From: Polaribacter sp.
Lineage (GTDB): Bacteria; Bacteroidota; Bacteroidia; Flavobacteriales; Flavobacteriaceae
DNA: 35,610 nt
Direction of reading: 5' to 3'
Assembly: GCA_051276605.1 (NCBI GenBank)
Contig: JBNMNZ010000001.1
Location: forward strand, 1-35,610
Numbering within the stretch: the stretch's first letter is position 1; each line of letters starts with the position of its first letter. The translations under genes and the position numbers were made by a program. Below the pieces are notes generated by a model. It was not told where the DNA came from. It searched no databases and worked only from the letters and a program-made list of their open reading frames with translations. Of the stretch, positions 9,269-18,836 are shown in pieces.

Positions 9269-10102
9269 TTAATTATTTCCTTTCTTCTTCTTCTTCTCTT
9301 CCTCTCTTTTTTTCCTTAATGCTTCTTTCTTCTCTCTTAAAATTTTTCTTTGTTCTTCTCTTTTTTTAATAAGAGCAGCTCTTTTTTCTGCAATTGCTTT
9401 TTTCTTAGCTTCTTTATCTGCTACTTTTTTAGCAACTGCTTGTATCTTTTTATTATTTGCTTTTTCTAATTGTAATTCTTTATCTGCTGTTTTTTTGGCA
9501 ATAATTTCTTTTTGTTGCTCTGTTAACTCTTTTTTAGGAGTATTTGCTTTTTTGTTCTTTTTCTCCTTTTTTTGGTCTGCTAATCTTGTTCTGTCTATAG
9601 TGGATAAAACAAGGTCGCTAATATCGTATTTTTTATTTGAATACAACATAATCAAATCACTAGATTTTTCAAAAACAAAATCATATTTTTTTCTTTTCGC
9701 AATACCTTGTATAGCATTGAAAACTTGATCTTGAATAGGCTTTACCAATTGTTTTCTTATCGAAAACATATCTCCCTTAGGACCAAAATATAAAGATTCT
9801 AGTCGCCTTAACTCAACTTGTTTTAAAGTAATTTCTTCTTCTTTTTCTTCAATTAAGTCTTTTGTTAAAATTACTTTTTCATTTGCTAAATCAGATTTTA
9901 GAACTTCTACATAACGTGCTTGCTTGTCTAACTTCTTTCTCCATTTTGCAACTTTAGCATCTAATGTGTTTTGCGCCTGTAAATATTCAGGGACATTTTC
10001 TAGAATATATTCCATATCTATATACGCAATAATTTGATTTCTTTGCGACCAAAAATTTGTAGCAGTAAATAAAAGAACGACTAATAAAAATATTTTTTTC
10101 AT
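9269..10102 (-). CDS. skp: OmpH/Skp chaperone with a long Lys/Glu/Ala-rich C-terminal tail
   Basis: IAYIDMEYILENVPEY, KPIQDQV, YDFVF, YDISD. The start MKKIFLL at 10102 gives a clean signal peptide. Confidence 0.9.
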   Translation of the reverse strand: MKKIFLLVVLLFTATNFWSQRNQIIAYIDMEYILENVPEYLQAQNTLDAKVAKWRKKLDKQARYVEVLKSDLANEKVILTKDLIEEKEEEITLKQVELRRLESLYFGPKGDMFSIRKQLVKPIQDQVFNAIQGIAKRKKYDFVFEKSSDLIMLYSNKKYDISDLVLSTIDRTRLADQKKEKKNKKANTPKKELTEQQKEIIAKKTADKELQLEKANNKKIQAVAKKVADKEAKKKAIAEKRAALIKKREEQRKILREKKEALRKKREEEKKKKKGNN

Positions 10103-10150
10103 TTGTATAATGTATTTAGAAAAAACCATGCCAAAAAAATGTCGACATTA

Positions 10151-10158
10151 CAAATGTA
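10151..10158 (-). promoter_or_regulatory. -7 promoter box upstream of the skp pair
   Basis: The minus strand reads TACATTTG (TAnnTTTG). Confidence 0.55.
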
Positions 10159-10166
10159 CAGTTTTC

Positions 10167-12692
10167 TTAGAATTGTCTTCCAATAATAAAATGTGTTTGC
10201 CAGCCAGATTTATCTCTTAAGCCAGGTAAAGGGTCAAAACCATGTGCAAAGTCTATTCCTAACAACCCAAATGCAGGCATAAAAATTCTTACACCTACTC
10301 CTGCTGAACGTTTTAATTCAAACGGATTAAATGTTTCAAAATTGTCATAAGAATTACCAGCTTCTAAAAATCCTAATGTATATATGGAAGCAGAAGGAGA
10401 ATCTGTGATAGAAAATCTTAATTCCATTTGAAATTTATTAAAGATTGTCCCTCCTTCAGCAGATGATAATCTATTGTTTTCATAACCTCTTAAACCAATT
10501 GTCTCTCTACCATCTAATTGAAACTGTGCAATACCATCTCCACCAACAAAATATCTTTCAAATGGATTTTGACCTAACTCAGAATTATAGAATCCTAAAT
10601 AACCCATTTCTGCGTTGCTCATTAATACTAATTTATCTGTAAATGAAGTATACCATTTCCCTTTTGCTGTAATTTTATAGTATTCTAACCATTTGTATTT
10701 TTCTTGAGTTTCTAAATTTGCGTAATCTTTATTACTAAATAATGAATATGGTAAGGTTGCTTTTATTGCAAGAGAAAACTCTGAACCATACGTAGGAAAA
10801 ATTAAACTTGGTCCTGCGGAATTTCTGCTGATAGCTGCGCTATAAGATAAATTATTTAAAGTACCATTATTTAAAATATTTGAACCAACTCTAAAACCGT
10901 AATTGTTTAAATTAAAACTTTGATAAGAAATAGTTTGCGTCAATTGAAAGAAATCATCTGGCCATTTTAAACGTTGACCTAAACCCAAAGATGCACCAAT
11001 AATACCTAGACTCTGGTTTCTGTCAACATCACCAGTTTGAAAGTTAAACTGATATTGATTTGAAGAATAAATAGAAAATGATAGTGATTGTGGTTTTTTA
11101 CCACCTAACCAAGGTTCTGTTAATGAAAAACTATAGGTGCTAAATGTTCTACTGGTTTGTAAACGTAAAGATAAACTTTGTCCATCTCCCATTGGTAAGG
11201 GTTTGTAAGCTGCTTTATTAAGTAGATTTCTGATAGAGAAATTATTAAAAGACAAACCTAGGGTCCCTATAAAAGAGCCACCACCATAACCACCTTGTAA
11301 TTCTATTTGACTACCACCTTTTTCTACAACAGTAAAATCGATGTCAGCAGTTTTATTTTGATAATTTGGGATTACATCTGGCGTAACATTTTGATCAAAG
11401 AAACCTAACTGACCTATTTCTCTAATAGATCTAATGATGGCACTTCTACTAAATAAGTCTCCCGGTTTTACCCTTAATTCTCTAAAAATTACATGGTCAT
11501 TTGTTTTATCATTTCCAGAGACACCTACTTTTCTAATACGTGCTTTTTCATCTTCTCTAATTCTAATTTCGACCGTAATAGAATCATTTTCTACTCTTGT
11601 TTCAACAGCATTTACCTGAGAGAATAAAAAACCATTATCTTGATACAAAGTAGAGATATCTTGAGAAGTTGGTGTTCCATCACCTTTAACACGTTCTTTT
11701 AAAACTTCACCATTATAAACATCACCTTTTTCAATTTTTAAATATTGGTTTAAATATTCATCTGTGTATTCTTTATTTCCTACAAATAGAATGTCTGAAA
11801 ATTTGTATTGTCTTCCCTCTTCTAGACTAATGTTTACATTGATGGTTTTGTCATCATTCCAAGTAATGTTTTCTTCTAATATACGTGCATCTCTAAAACC
11901 AAGTCTGCTGTATGTTTTTAAAATAGCTTCTAAATCTTCTTGATAATCTTCTTCTATATATTTTGATGCTTTCCAGAAACGACCAATAAATTTTGTTTTG
12001 GTGTTAGACATTGTTTTTCTAAGCTTCTTGGCGCCTAATTCTTTATTTCCAGTGAAAATAATTTCTTTAATTTTTACTTTAGAGCCTTTATCTACAAAGA
12101 TATTCATGTTCACAGTGTTAATATCTGAGGTGTCTTTTCTTACATCTAAATTAACTTTTGTTTTTAGAAATCCTTTATCTGTATATTTTTTTGTGATGTA
12201 GTTTCTCGTGGTTACAATTAAATTATCTGTAAGCATCGCTCCAGTTTTTAATTCAGCCTCTTTAATCAGCTCTTTCGCTTTTGATTTTTTAATACCACTA
12301 ATTTTTACTCTATTTAGCTGTGGTAATTCTTGCACATCAAACTGAAGGTAGACGCTATTACCATCTATTTTAGCTAAGTAAACATCTACATTACTAAACT
12401 GCTTGCTTTCGTATAATTTTTTAATAGAACTCGTAAGTTTGTCTCCCGGTAGTTTTATAACTTGACCGTTTCTTAAACCGGTAAAGACTTTTACCGTTTC
12501 TTCGCTAAATTTTTTTAAACCTGTAACAGTAATTCCACCTAAAATATATTCTTTTCCTTTTTCAAAGGAAATATTTTGGATAGCAGTAGTATCTTTTTGT
12601 ACGATTGATAAACTGTCTTTTGTTGTTTGTGCAGCGGCACTAAAATTAAAAAATAGTGCAATAAGCACTAGTGTTGCAGAAAATAATTTCAT
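10167..12692 (-). CDS. bamA: Outer membrane protein assembly factor BamA
   Basis: POTRA repeats (I.F.GN, GNDKTNDHVIFREL), the conserved loop LRGY, RSAGVGVRIFMPAFGLLGIDF and a terminal Phe (GRQF). The ATG at 12692 (MKLFSAT) is preferred as start. Confidence 0.96.
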   Translation of the reverse strand: MKLFSATLVLIALFFNFSAAAQTTKDSLSIVQKDTTAIQNISFEKGKEYILGGITVTGLKKFSEETVKVFTGLRNGQVIKLPGDKLTSSIKKLYESKQFSNVDVYLAKIDGNSVYLQFDVQELPQLNRVKISGIKKSKAKELIKEAELKTGAMLTDNLIVTTRNYITKKYTDKGFLKTKVNLDVRKDTSDINTVNMNIFVDKGSKVKIKEIIFTGNKELGAKKLRKTMSNTKTKFIGRFWKASKYIEEDYQEDLEAILKTYSRLGFRDARILEENITWNDDKTINVNISLEEGRQYKFSDILFVGNKEYTDEYLNQYLKIEKGDVYNGEVLKERVKGDGTPTSQDISTLYQDNGFLFSQVNAVETRVENDSITVEIRIREDEKARIRKVGVSGNDKTNDHVIFRELRVKPGDLFSRSAIIRSIREIGQLGFFDQNVTPDVIPNYQNKTADIDFTVVEKGGSQIELQGGYGGGSFIGTLGLSFNNFSIRNLLNKAAYKPLPMGDGQSLSLRLQTSRTFSTYSFSLTEPWLGGKKPQSLSFSIYSSNQYQFNFQTGDVDRNQSLGIIGASLGLGQRLKWPDDFFQLTQTISYQSFNLNNYGFRVGSNILNNGTLNNLSYSAAISRNSAGPSLIFPTYGSEFSLAIKATLPYSLFSNKDYANLETQEKYKWLEYYKITAKGKWYTSFTDKLVLMSNAEMGYLGFYNSELGQNPFERYFVGGDGIAQFQLDGRETIGLRGYENNRLSSAEGGTIFNKFQMELRFSITDSPSASIYTLGFLEAGNSYDNFETFNPFELKRSAGVGVRIFMPAFGLLGIDFAHGFDPLPGLRDKSGWQTHFIIGRQF

Positions 12693-12699
12693 ATAAAAT

Positions 12700-13443
12700 T
12701 TATTCTGTAAGTTGTTCGCTTGTTTTTCCAAATCGTCTCTCTCTATTCTGGTATTCTATGATTGCATCATAGAAATGTTCTTGCCTAAAATCGGGCCAAA
12801 GTATATCTGTAAAATATAATTCGGCATACGCCATTTGCCATAATAAGAAATTACTAATGCGTTGTTCTCCACTAGTTCTTATCATTAAATCAACGTCGGG
12901 CAAATTAAACGTATATAAATGGTTATTTATACTATTTTCATCAATTTTTTCTAAATCAAGCTCTTTATTAACAACTTTTTTAGATATTTTTTTGATTGCG
13001 TTAACAATTTCTTCTCTAGAACCATAACTTAAAGCAAAACTTAAAGTGATTTCAGTGTTTTTTTTTGTTTGAAAAATAACATCGTTTAAAACGTTTTGTG
13101 CTTTTTTCGGAAGACTTTCGATGTCTCCAATAGCGTTTACTTTTACGCCGTTTTTTTGAAAATCAGGAAGTTCTTTTTTAAGAGAGTTTATTAATAGCCT
13201 CATTAAGGCATCTACTTCTAACTTCGGTCTGTTCCAGTTTTCTGTAGAAAAAGCATATAAAGTAATTGCTTCTATGTTTATTTGAGATGCTGCTTTTACA
13301 GCTTCTCGAACTGCTGTTAAAGCGTTTCTATGACCAAAAACTCTACTCATTCCTTTACCTTTTGCCCAACGCCCATTACCATCCATAATAATGGCAACGT
13401 GTTTTGGGACTCTCTGTAAATTAATCTGTAGTTTTTTATCCAT
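12700..13443 (-). CDS. uppS: Undecaprenyl diphosphate synthase
   Basis: HVAIIMDGNGRWA, YAFSTENWNRP, RTSGEQRISNFLLWQ, RERRFG. Confidence 0.97.
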   Translation of the reverse strand: MDKKLQINLQRVPKHVAIIMDGNGRWAKGKGMSRVFGHRNALTAVREAVKAASQINIEAITLYAFSTENWNRPKLEVDALMRLLINSLKKELPDFQKNGVKVNAIGDIESLPKKAQNVLNDVIFQTKKNTEITLSFALSYGSREEIVNAIKKISKKVVNKELDLEKIDENSINNHLYTFNLPDVDLMIRTSGEQRISNFLLWQMAYAELYFTDILWPDFRQEHFYDAIIEYQNRERRFGKTSEQLTE

Positions 13444-13446
13444 AAA

Positions 13447-14124
13447 TTATAATCCGTTTGTGTAACAAGCTGGTCTTCCAAAGGTATAAATTAAAGAAAA
13501 ACCGCTAAACATGTACCAATCATTACCTGTGCCTCCAAAATTAAGTTCATCAATTTTATCAGTATTATAATCTAAATCATCCTCAAAAGTATATCTAAAT
13601 TTTGCTTCTAAAGAAAATGCTAACGGACCTGCTAATTTTGATTTAAACCCAACACCAAAAGGAATCGAAATCGCATTTTTGTAATCAAATTGATATTGGT
13701 TTGGTTGTGGTTCTGAAACAATGTATTTGTAATTAATAACCGCCAATTCTAACAAAATATAAGGAGTCCAAGTTTTATCATCAGATGATATATCATACTC
13801 ATAAAAATTATATTCTAAACCTACAGCCAATTCGTTTATTGTATTCGAAAAATTCATTCCTCTATCTCTTCTAAAATCTGTATCTGCATCTAAATCATCT
13901 GCTTTAATTGGCAAATAACTATACGTTGCTCTTAGTGCAATTCTAGGGTTCAAGTTGAACTTGACAAAAGCAGCACCTGCAATATTATTAGGATATATGT
14001 AGTTGGTGCGTCCTATGTCTCCAACATAATTAGAACCCCCAATAAAGATTCCTGCTTCATACATCTGTCCTAATGAAATACTAGAAATGCTTATAAAAAT
14101 GATTAATAATATACTTTTTCTCAT
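13447..14124 (-). CDS. porG: T9SS outer membrane beta-barrel PorG (DUF6089 family)
   Basis: GGSNYVGDIG, EYNF, FRYTFEDDLD, NDWY; conserved position directly before uppS-bamA. Confidence 0.85.
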   Translation of the reverse strand: MRKSILLIIFISISSISLGQMYEAGIFIGGSNYVGDIGRTNYIYPNNIAGAAFVKFNLNPRIALRATYSYLPIKADDLDADTDFRRDRGMNFSNTINELAVGLEYNFYEYDISSDDKTWTPYILLELAVINYKYIVSEPQPNQYQFDYKNAISIPFGVGFKSKLAGPLAFSLEAKFRYTFEDDLDYNTDKIDELNFGGTGNDWYMFSGFSLIYTFGRPACYTNGL

Positions 14125-14140
14125 CCTAAAAAATAGCTAG

Positions 14141-14148
14141 CAAATATA
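14141..14148 (-). promoter_or_regulatory. -7 promoter box for porG-uppS-bamA
   Basis: The minus strand reads TATATTTG, 16 nt before the ATG. Confidence 0.7.
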
Positions 14149-14231
14149 GGTCTTTCAATTTGCTTTATAAAGTTAATATTCAGTCTTTTTTTGAATAACT
14201 ACTATTTTAGTTATTTATTGTGAAAAGGTTG

Positions 14232-15131
14232 TTAAAGGTTGGTTTCGTTTCTAGTGTCTTCTCCCCACAATAATTTACTTCGTAAAGTTTGCAAAAAGGA
14301 TTGATCATTTGGTATGATACTTTTAATTGTAAAAGGTGCCTTTTGTACAAGAACTTTAGTGTTTTTTGGTACAGAAGAAATTCGAGAATCTAAAGAAATT
14401 AAAAAGTCTTTCTCTCTAGAGTCTATGGTTAATTGAATGTTTGTTTCGTCAGAAATTACCATAGATCTTGCACTTAAATTATGAGGTGCAATAGGTGTAA
14501 TTACAAGGCTTTTCGAATCTGGTGAAATTACAGGGCCACTGCAACTTAAAGAATAACCTGTAGATCCTGTGGGTGTTGCTATAATTAAACCATCTGCCCA
14601 ATAGTTTGTTAAATATTCTTTATTTAAACTAGTTTTTACGCCAATCATAGAAGTGGTGTTTTTTCTGGAAATTGTAACTTCGTTTAACGCGAAGTTTAAC
14701 TCAGAAAATTCTTCTAATTTTGGTGCTGTTTTTATGGAAAGCAGGGTTCGTTCTTGAATTGTAAATTCACCCTTTAAAATGAGTTCTATACTTTTTTTTA
14801 TATTTTTTTTGTTGATTGTTGCCAAGAAACCTAATCTACCGGTATTAATACCTAAAATAGGAATCCCTAAGTCTCTAATGTAGGTAACGGCTCTTAAAAT
14901 TGTGCCATCTCCTCCTAAAGTAAATAAGGTGTCAAAAGAAGCGTTTAGATCAGAAAAACGAGAAAATGTTGGGTATTTTTTATCTAAGATATTCCCTTCA
15001 CTTAATAGATCATAAAATTTCTTTTCTATAAAACAGACAATATTATTTTCCAGGAGAACACTCAATAGAACTTGAATTTCTTTTTCTGCTGAAATTGAAT
15101 AAGATTGACCGTAAATTGCTACTTTCTTCAT
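14232..15131 (-). CDS. nadK: NAD kinase
   Basis: GGDGT, GINTGRLGFL, ALNE, ADGLIIATPTGSTGYSLS. Confidence 0.97.
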   Translation of the reverse strand: MKKVAIYGQSYSISAEKEIQVLLSVLLENNIVCFIEKKFYDLLSEGNILDKKYPTFSRFSDLNASFDTLFTLGGDGTILRAVTYIRDLGIPILGINTGRLGFLATINKKNIKKSIELILKGEFTIQERTLLSIKTAPKLEEFSELNFALNEVTISRKNTTSMIGVKTSLNKEYLTNYWADGLIIATPTGSTGYSLSCSGPVISPDSKSLVITPIAPHNLSARSMVISDETNIQLTIDSREKDFLISLDSRISSVPKNTKVLVQKAPFTIKSIIPNDQSFLQTLRSKLLWGEDTRNETNL

Positions 15132-15164
15132 TTTTTTAATTCATTATCTTAAAAGATATACCCG

Positions 15165-15172
15165 CAAATTTA
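15165..15172 (-). promoter_or_regulatory. -7 promoter box for nadK
   Basis: The minus strand reads TAAATTTG. Confidence 0.6.
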
Positions 15173-15197
15173 ATTTTAATAAGACCATCACAGATAG

Positions 15198-15857
15198 TTA
15201 CATTTCTAGATATTTTTGTAAATATTCTGATCTATACTTTAAGTCCTCTAAATACTTGTCATTTTCATGTGAAGAGATAATTTTGTAATCATATCTTCTA
15301 AAAGTATGCATCATTTCATTAATATCATCTGAAATTACTTTTAAGGTAAGTTGTACAAAGCCATCGTGTTTTTCAGAGATATAAAGGCCTAATAATTTAC
15401 CTCCATTTGCTTCTATAATTTGAGTTGCTTCACTCATAGAATAATCATTCTCTAATTTTTCAACGATTAAAATTTCACTTTCTTCAAGCATAAAAGGACT
15501 CGTAGAAAAAGCGTCTAGAACATCACATAAATCATAATAACCGATGTAATTTTTATCAGTATTTAAAACAGGAACTATATTGGTGTTATTGTCTCCGAAA
15601 ATTTTTAACAGCTCTAAAGCAGTCGCTTTTTCGTCAGTAAAAAAAGAATTTAATAAATGAGTATGGTTCTCTAAAAGAGTTACTTTGTTTTCAATTGTTT
15701 GCAGGTCATCTTCTGCAAAAGAGCCCAATAATTTACTGCCTTCTACTAAAGGAAAATGTGTTATTGGAAAGTTTTTGAATAACTTTCTAGCACTTTTAAC
15801 GCTGTCTTGCAAACGAAGTGCTTTAATATCTTTTAATATGTAATCGTTTATGTTCAT
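15198..15857 (-). CDS. CBS-pair protein with a C-terminal ACT-like domain (AcuB-like)
   Basis: Two CBS repeats (THFPLVE..KLLG; IVPVL....YIG); the C-terminal region DYSMSEATQIIEANGG...RRYDY is ACT-like. Confidence 0.82.
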   Translation of the reverse strand: MNINDYILKDIKALRLQDSVKSARKLFKNFPITHFPLVEGSKLLGSFAEDDLQTIENKVTLLENHTHLLNSFFTDEKATALELLKIFGDNNTNIVPVLNTDKNYIGYYDLCDVLDAFSTSPFMLEESEILIVEKLENDYSMSEATQIIEANGGKLLGLYISEKHDGFVQLTLKVISDDINEMMHTFRRYDYKIISSHENDKYLEDLKYRSEYLQKYLEM

Positions 15858-15892
15858 TCTTTACGAATATAGGATAAAATGATTTAATGAGT

Positions 15893-15900
15893 TATATTTG
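15893..15900 (+). promoter_or_regulatory. -7 promoter box for pdxJ
   Basis: TATATTTG ends 17 nt before the ATG. Confidence 0.7.
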
Positions 15901-15917
15901 TGGCCTAATTTTATACA

Positions 15918-16631
15918 ATGACAAAGTTAAGCGTAAATATTAATAAAATTGCAACTTTACGTAATTCTAGAGGTGGTAATGTGCCTAATTTATTAAAGGT
16001 GGCTGCTGATATTGAAGCATTTGGAGCTGAGGGGATTACCATTCATCCAAGGCCAGATGAGCGTCATATTCGGTATCAAGATGCGAGAGATTTAAAAAAC
16101 GTTGTTACTACAGAATACAATATAGAAGGAAACCCTGTTCAATCTTTTATGGATTTGGTTCTAGAAGTAAAGCCAACACAAGTTACTTTAGTTCCGGATG
16201 CAATAAATGTAGTTACTTCTAATGCTGGTTGGGATACGATAACAAATCAGTCTTTTTTACAAGAAGTTATTGCGGAGTTTCAAAAAAATGGAATTAGAAC
16301 TTCTATTTTTATTGATACGGATATAAAGTTGATTGAAGCTGCTGCAAAAACTGGTGCAGATAGAATTGAATTATATACGGAAGAATTTGCAAGGCAATTT
16401 GATTTAGGAAATAAAAATGCAATAAAACCATATACAGAAGCAGCAATTTTTGCCAATAAATTGGGGTTAGGTATTAATGCAGGTCATGATTTGAGTTTAG
16501 AAAATATCCAGTTTTTTAAAGAGAACATTCCTAATTTAGCTGAAGTTTCTATTGGACATGCTCTAATTAATGAAAGTTTATATTTAGGCTTGGAAAATGT
16601 GGTGAGTATGTATTTGCATAGGCTCAAGTAA
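15918..16631 (+). CDS. pdxJ: Pyridoxine 5'-phosphate synthase
   Basis: [47 protein letters not shown]. Confidence 0.97.
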   Translation: MTKLSVNINKIATLRNSRGGNVPNLLKVAADIEAFGAEGITIHPRPDERHIRYQDARDLKNVVTTEYNIEGNPVQSFMDLVLEVKPTQVTLVPDAINVVTSNAGWDTITNQSFLQEVIAEFQKNGIRTSIFIDTDIKLIEAAAKTGADRIELYTEEFARQFDLGNKNAIKPYTEAAIFANKLGLGINAGHDLSLENIQFFKENIPNLAEVSIGHALINESLYLGLENVVSMYLHRLK

Positions 16632-16735
16632 TTTTTTTTAAAGTTTCAATACTTATTGTCTTGAGATAAATATTGACTCTTTGCAATTTCCTTTCTTTTA
16701 TCTGTGAAACTTTCTGTTATAACTAAAAAATAAAA

Positions 16736-17509
16736 ATGTCTAATAATCCAATATTACATTCTACTATAAAAGGAGAGGGAAGTCCACTTTTAATTTTACA
16801 TGGTTATTTTGGGATGAGTGATAATTGGAAATCTTTAGGGAATCAGTTTTCTGAAGATTTTCAAGTTCATTTAATTGATCAAAGAAATCATGGAAGAAGT
16901 TTTCATGCGGAAGCATTTAGTTATGAAATTTTGGTGGCTGATTTGTATCATTACATTCAGTATCATGAGTTGGAAAGTGTTTTTTTAATTGGACATTCGA
17001 TGGGAGGTAAGACCGCTATGTTATTTGCAGTTACATTCCCTGAACTGGTTGATAAATTAATTATTGTAGATATTTCACCGAAAGAGTATCAACCGCATCA
17101 TAATGCAATTTTAGCAGGGTTAAATTCTGTTGATTTTTCTATACATAACTCTCGAAAATTGGTGGACGAACAATTGTCTTCTTTTATTCCTGAATTTGGA
17201 GTGCGTCAATTTTTGATGAAGAATATTTATTGGAAAGAAAAAGGACAATTAGATTTTAGATTCAATTTACAATCACTCACAGAAAATAATTCAGAAGTTG
17301 GTAAATCATTGCCTTTAAATTCAATATATAGGAAGCCAACTTTATTTCTAAAAGGTGAAAAATCAGAATATATTATTTCTTCAGAACAGCATATTATTGA
17401 TGTGCATTTTCGGGATAACGAAGTGGTGGAAATAGCAAATGCAGGACATTGGTTACACGCAGAAAACCCAAAGGAATTTTATAACAAGGTTTGTGAGTTT
17501 TTGGATTAA
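16736..17509 (+). CDS. Alpha/beta hydrolase, YbfF/ABHD11-like esterase
   Basis: LHGYFG..DNW, DQRNHGRS, GHSMGGK, VDISP, AGHWLHAE. Confidence 0.9.
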   Translation: MSNNPILHSTIKGEGSPLLILHGYFGMSDNWKSLGNQFSEDFQVHLIDQRNHGRSFHAEAFSYEILVADLYHYIQYHELESVFLIGHSMGGKTAMLFAVTFPELVDKLIIVDISPKEYQPHHNAILAGLNSVDFSIHNSRKLVDEQLSSFIPEFGVRQFLMKNIYWKEKGQLDFRFNLQSLTENNSEVGKSLPLNSIYRKPTLFLKGEKSEYIISSEQHIIDVHFRDNEVVEIANAGHWLHAENPKEFYNKVCEFLD

Positions 17510-17589
17510 AAAATATTTTCTGATATTTTCAGGAGTTTTATATTGCTTATTTTTAAATAACTTGATTACCTTTAAATTTTAAAAGGAAT

Positions 17590-18450
17590 ATGAATAAATC
17601 ACTCCACTTTCTCTTATTGATTGTTTTCACCTCAACAACTTTTTGTCAAAGTCAAAATATTAATTTAAATTTAGACACAGATAGAAATTTTTGGCAAAAA
17701 TTTACTTATGATTTAGGCAATATGGCAGGAGGAATGGGGCACGCATATAGCAGACCTTTGCATTGGCAAAAGAACCAAATTGCAAATTTTGGTTATGTTG
17801 CAGCAGGTACTGCAGCATTATATTCTATAGACGATAATGTTGATAATTGGGCAAATGGATGGAGAGGAGATGTGCCGCGTTGGCTTGTAGACTATGGTAA
17901 TGATGTGGGGAGCCCAAATAATAACTTCATGTTAACAGGAGCCGTTTATTTAACAGGCTTGTTTACTAAAAATCCAAAATTAAGAAGAACTGGGGTTTTG
18001 CTAATTTCGTCAGCTTCTGCAGCTGGATTAATGCAACAAATTTCAAAAAGAATTATAGGTAGAGCAAGACCAAAAGCAGATGTAGGCAAAGATGTTTTTG
18101 ATCCTTTGCATTTCGATAGAGTTTTTAACTATGACTCTTTTCCTTCAGGTCATGTAATGCTTGGTTTTACGAATGCGTATGCAATTGCAAAACAATTTAA
18201 AAGTCCTTGGGTAAAAGCGGGTTTGTATACATTGGGTTCTATACCTGGTTTAAGTAGAGTTATTGATCGGTTTCACTGGATTTCTGATGTTGCTTTTTCT
18301 ACAGCGATAAGTATTTTTATTGTGGAAGCTATTGATCGATTTTTAGATACTAAATACGATGATAAATACAATCTTTTAAAAAAGGACAAAAAAGTAGTTT
18401 GGGATTTACAAGTTACTCCAAGAACTTTTGGTTTAGCTATGAGTTTTTAA
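17590..18450 (+). CDS. PAP2 family membrane phosphatase
   Basis: All three PAP2 motifs are present: KRIIGRARP, SFPSGH and SRVIDRFHWISD; N-terminal signal peptide. Confidence 0.88.
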   Translation: MNKSLHFLLLIVFTSTTFCQSQNINLNLDTDRNFWQKFTYDLGNMAGGMGHAYSRPLHWQKNQIANFGYVAAGTAALYSIDDNVDNWANGWRGDVPRWLVDYGNDVGSPNNNFMLTGAVYLTGLFTKNPKLRRTGVLLISSASAAGLMQQISKRIIGRARPKADVGKDVFDPLHFDRVFNYDSFPSGHVMLGFTNAYAIAKQFKSPWVKAGLYTLGSIPGLSRVIDRFHWISDVAFSTAISIFIVEAIDRFLDTKYDDKYNLLKKDKKVVWDLQVTPRTFGLAMSF

Positions 18451-18467
18451 ACTTAGGCTTAATAATA

Positions 18468-18475
18468 TATCTTTG
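18468..18475 (+). promoter_or_regulatory. -7 promoter box for the MazG-like gene
   Basis: TATCTTTG. Confidence 0.6.
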
Positions 18476-18509
18476 AATAATTAATTTCTCAATTTTTTAA
18501 ACCAAAATT

Positions 18510-18836
18510 ATGGATATTCAAAATGCACAACAACAAGTAGATGAATGGATTAAAAATCATGGAGTTCGTTATTTTAACGAGCTGACAAACATGGCACAAT
18601 TAACAGAAGAAGTTGGCGAAGTTGCCAGGATTATAGCAAGACGCTATGGTGAGCAAAGTGAAAAAGAATCTGACAAAAATAAAGATTTAGGCGAAGAGTT
18701 AGCCGATGTGCTATTTGTAGTTTTATGTTTGGCAAATCAAACAGGTATAGATTTACAAGATGCTTTTGAAAAGAAATTAGAGATTAAAACAAAACGCGAT
18801 CATGAGCGTCATCGCAATAATCAAAAATTAAAATAA
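18510..18836 (+). CDS. MazG-like nucleotide pyrophosphohydrolase (YpjD-like)
   Basis: LTEEVGEVAR and EELADVLF motifs. Confidence 0.92.
   Translation: MDIQNAQQQVDEWIKNHGVRYFNELTNMAQLTEEVGEVARIIARRYGEQSEKESDKNKDLGEELADVLFVVLCLANQTGIDLQDAFEKKLEIKTKRDHERHRNNQKLK

Noticed and set aside
12693-12731. TTG-started N-terminal extension of BamA (MEKQANN...)
   Set aside because: It is an alternative-frame reading of the conserved uppS end (FGKTSEQ). The ATG at 12692 already gives a normal signal peptide, although the longer start cannot be fully excluded.
13088-13097. AAAACGTTTT palindromes (also 4012-4021) as LacI operators
   Set aside because: Both lie deep inside coding sequence, are low in complexity and are not near promoters.
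14792-14810. Homopolymer T8/A8 runs (nadK; also 22203-22210) as phase-variation tracts
   Set aside because: Such runs are expected in very AT-rich DNA and the frames are intact.
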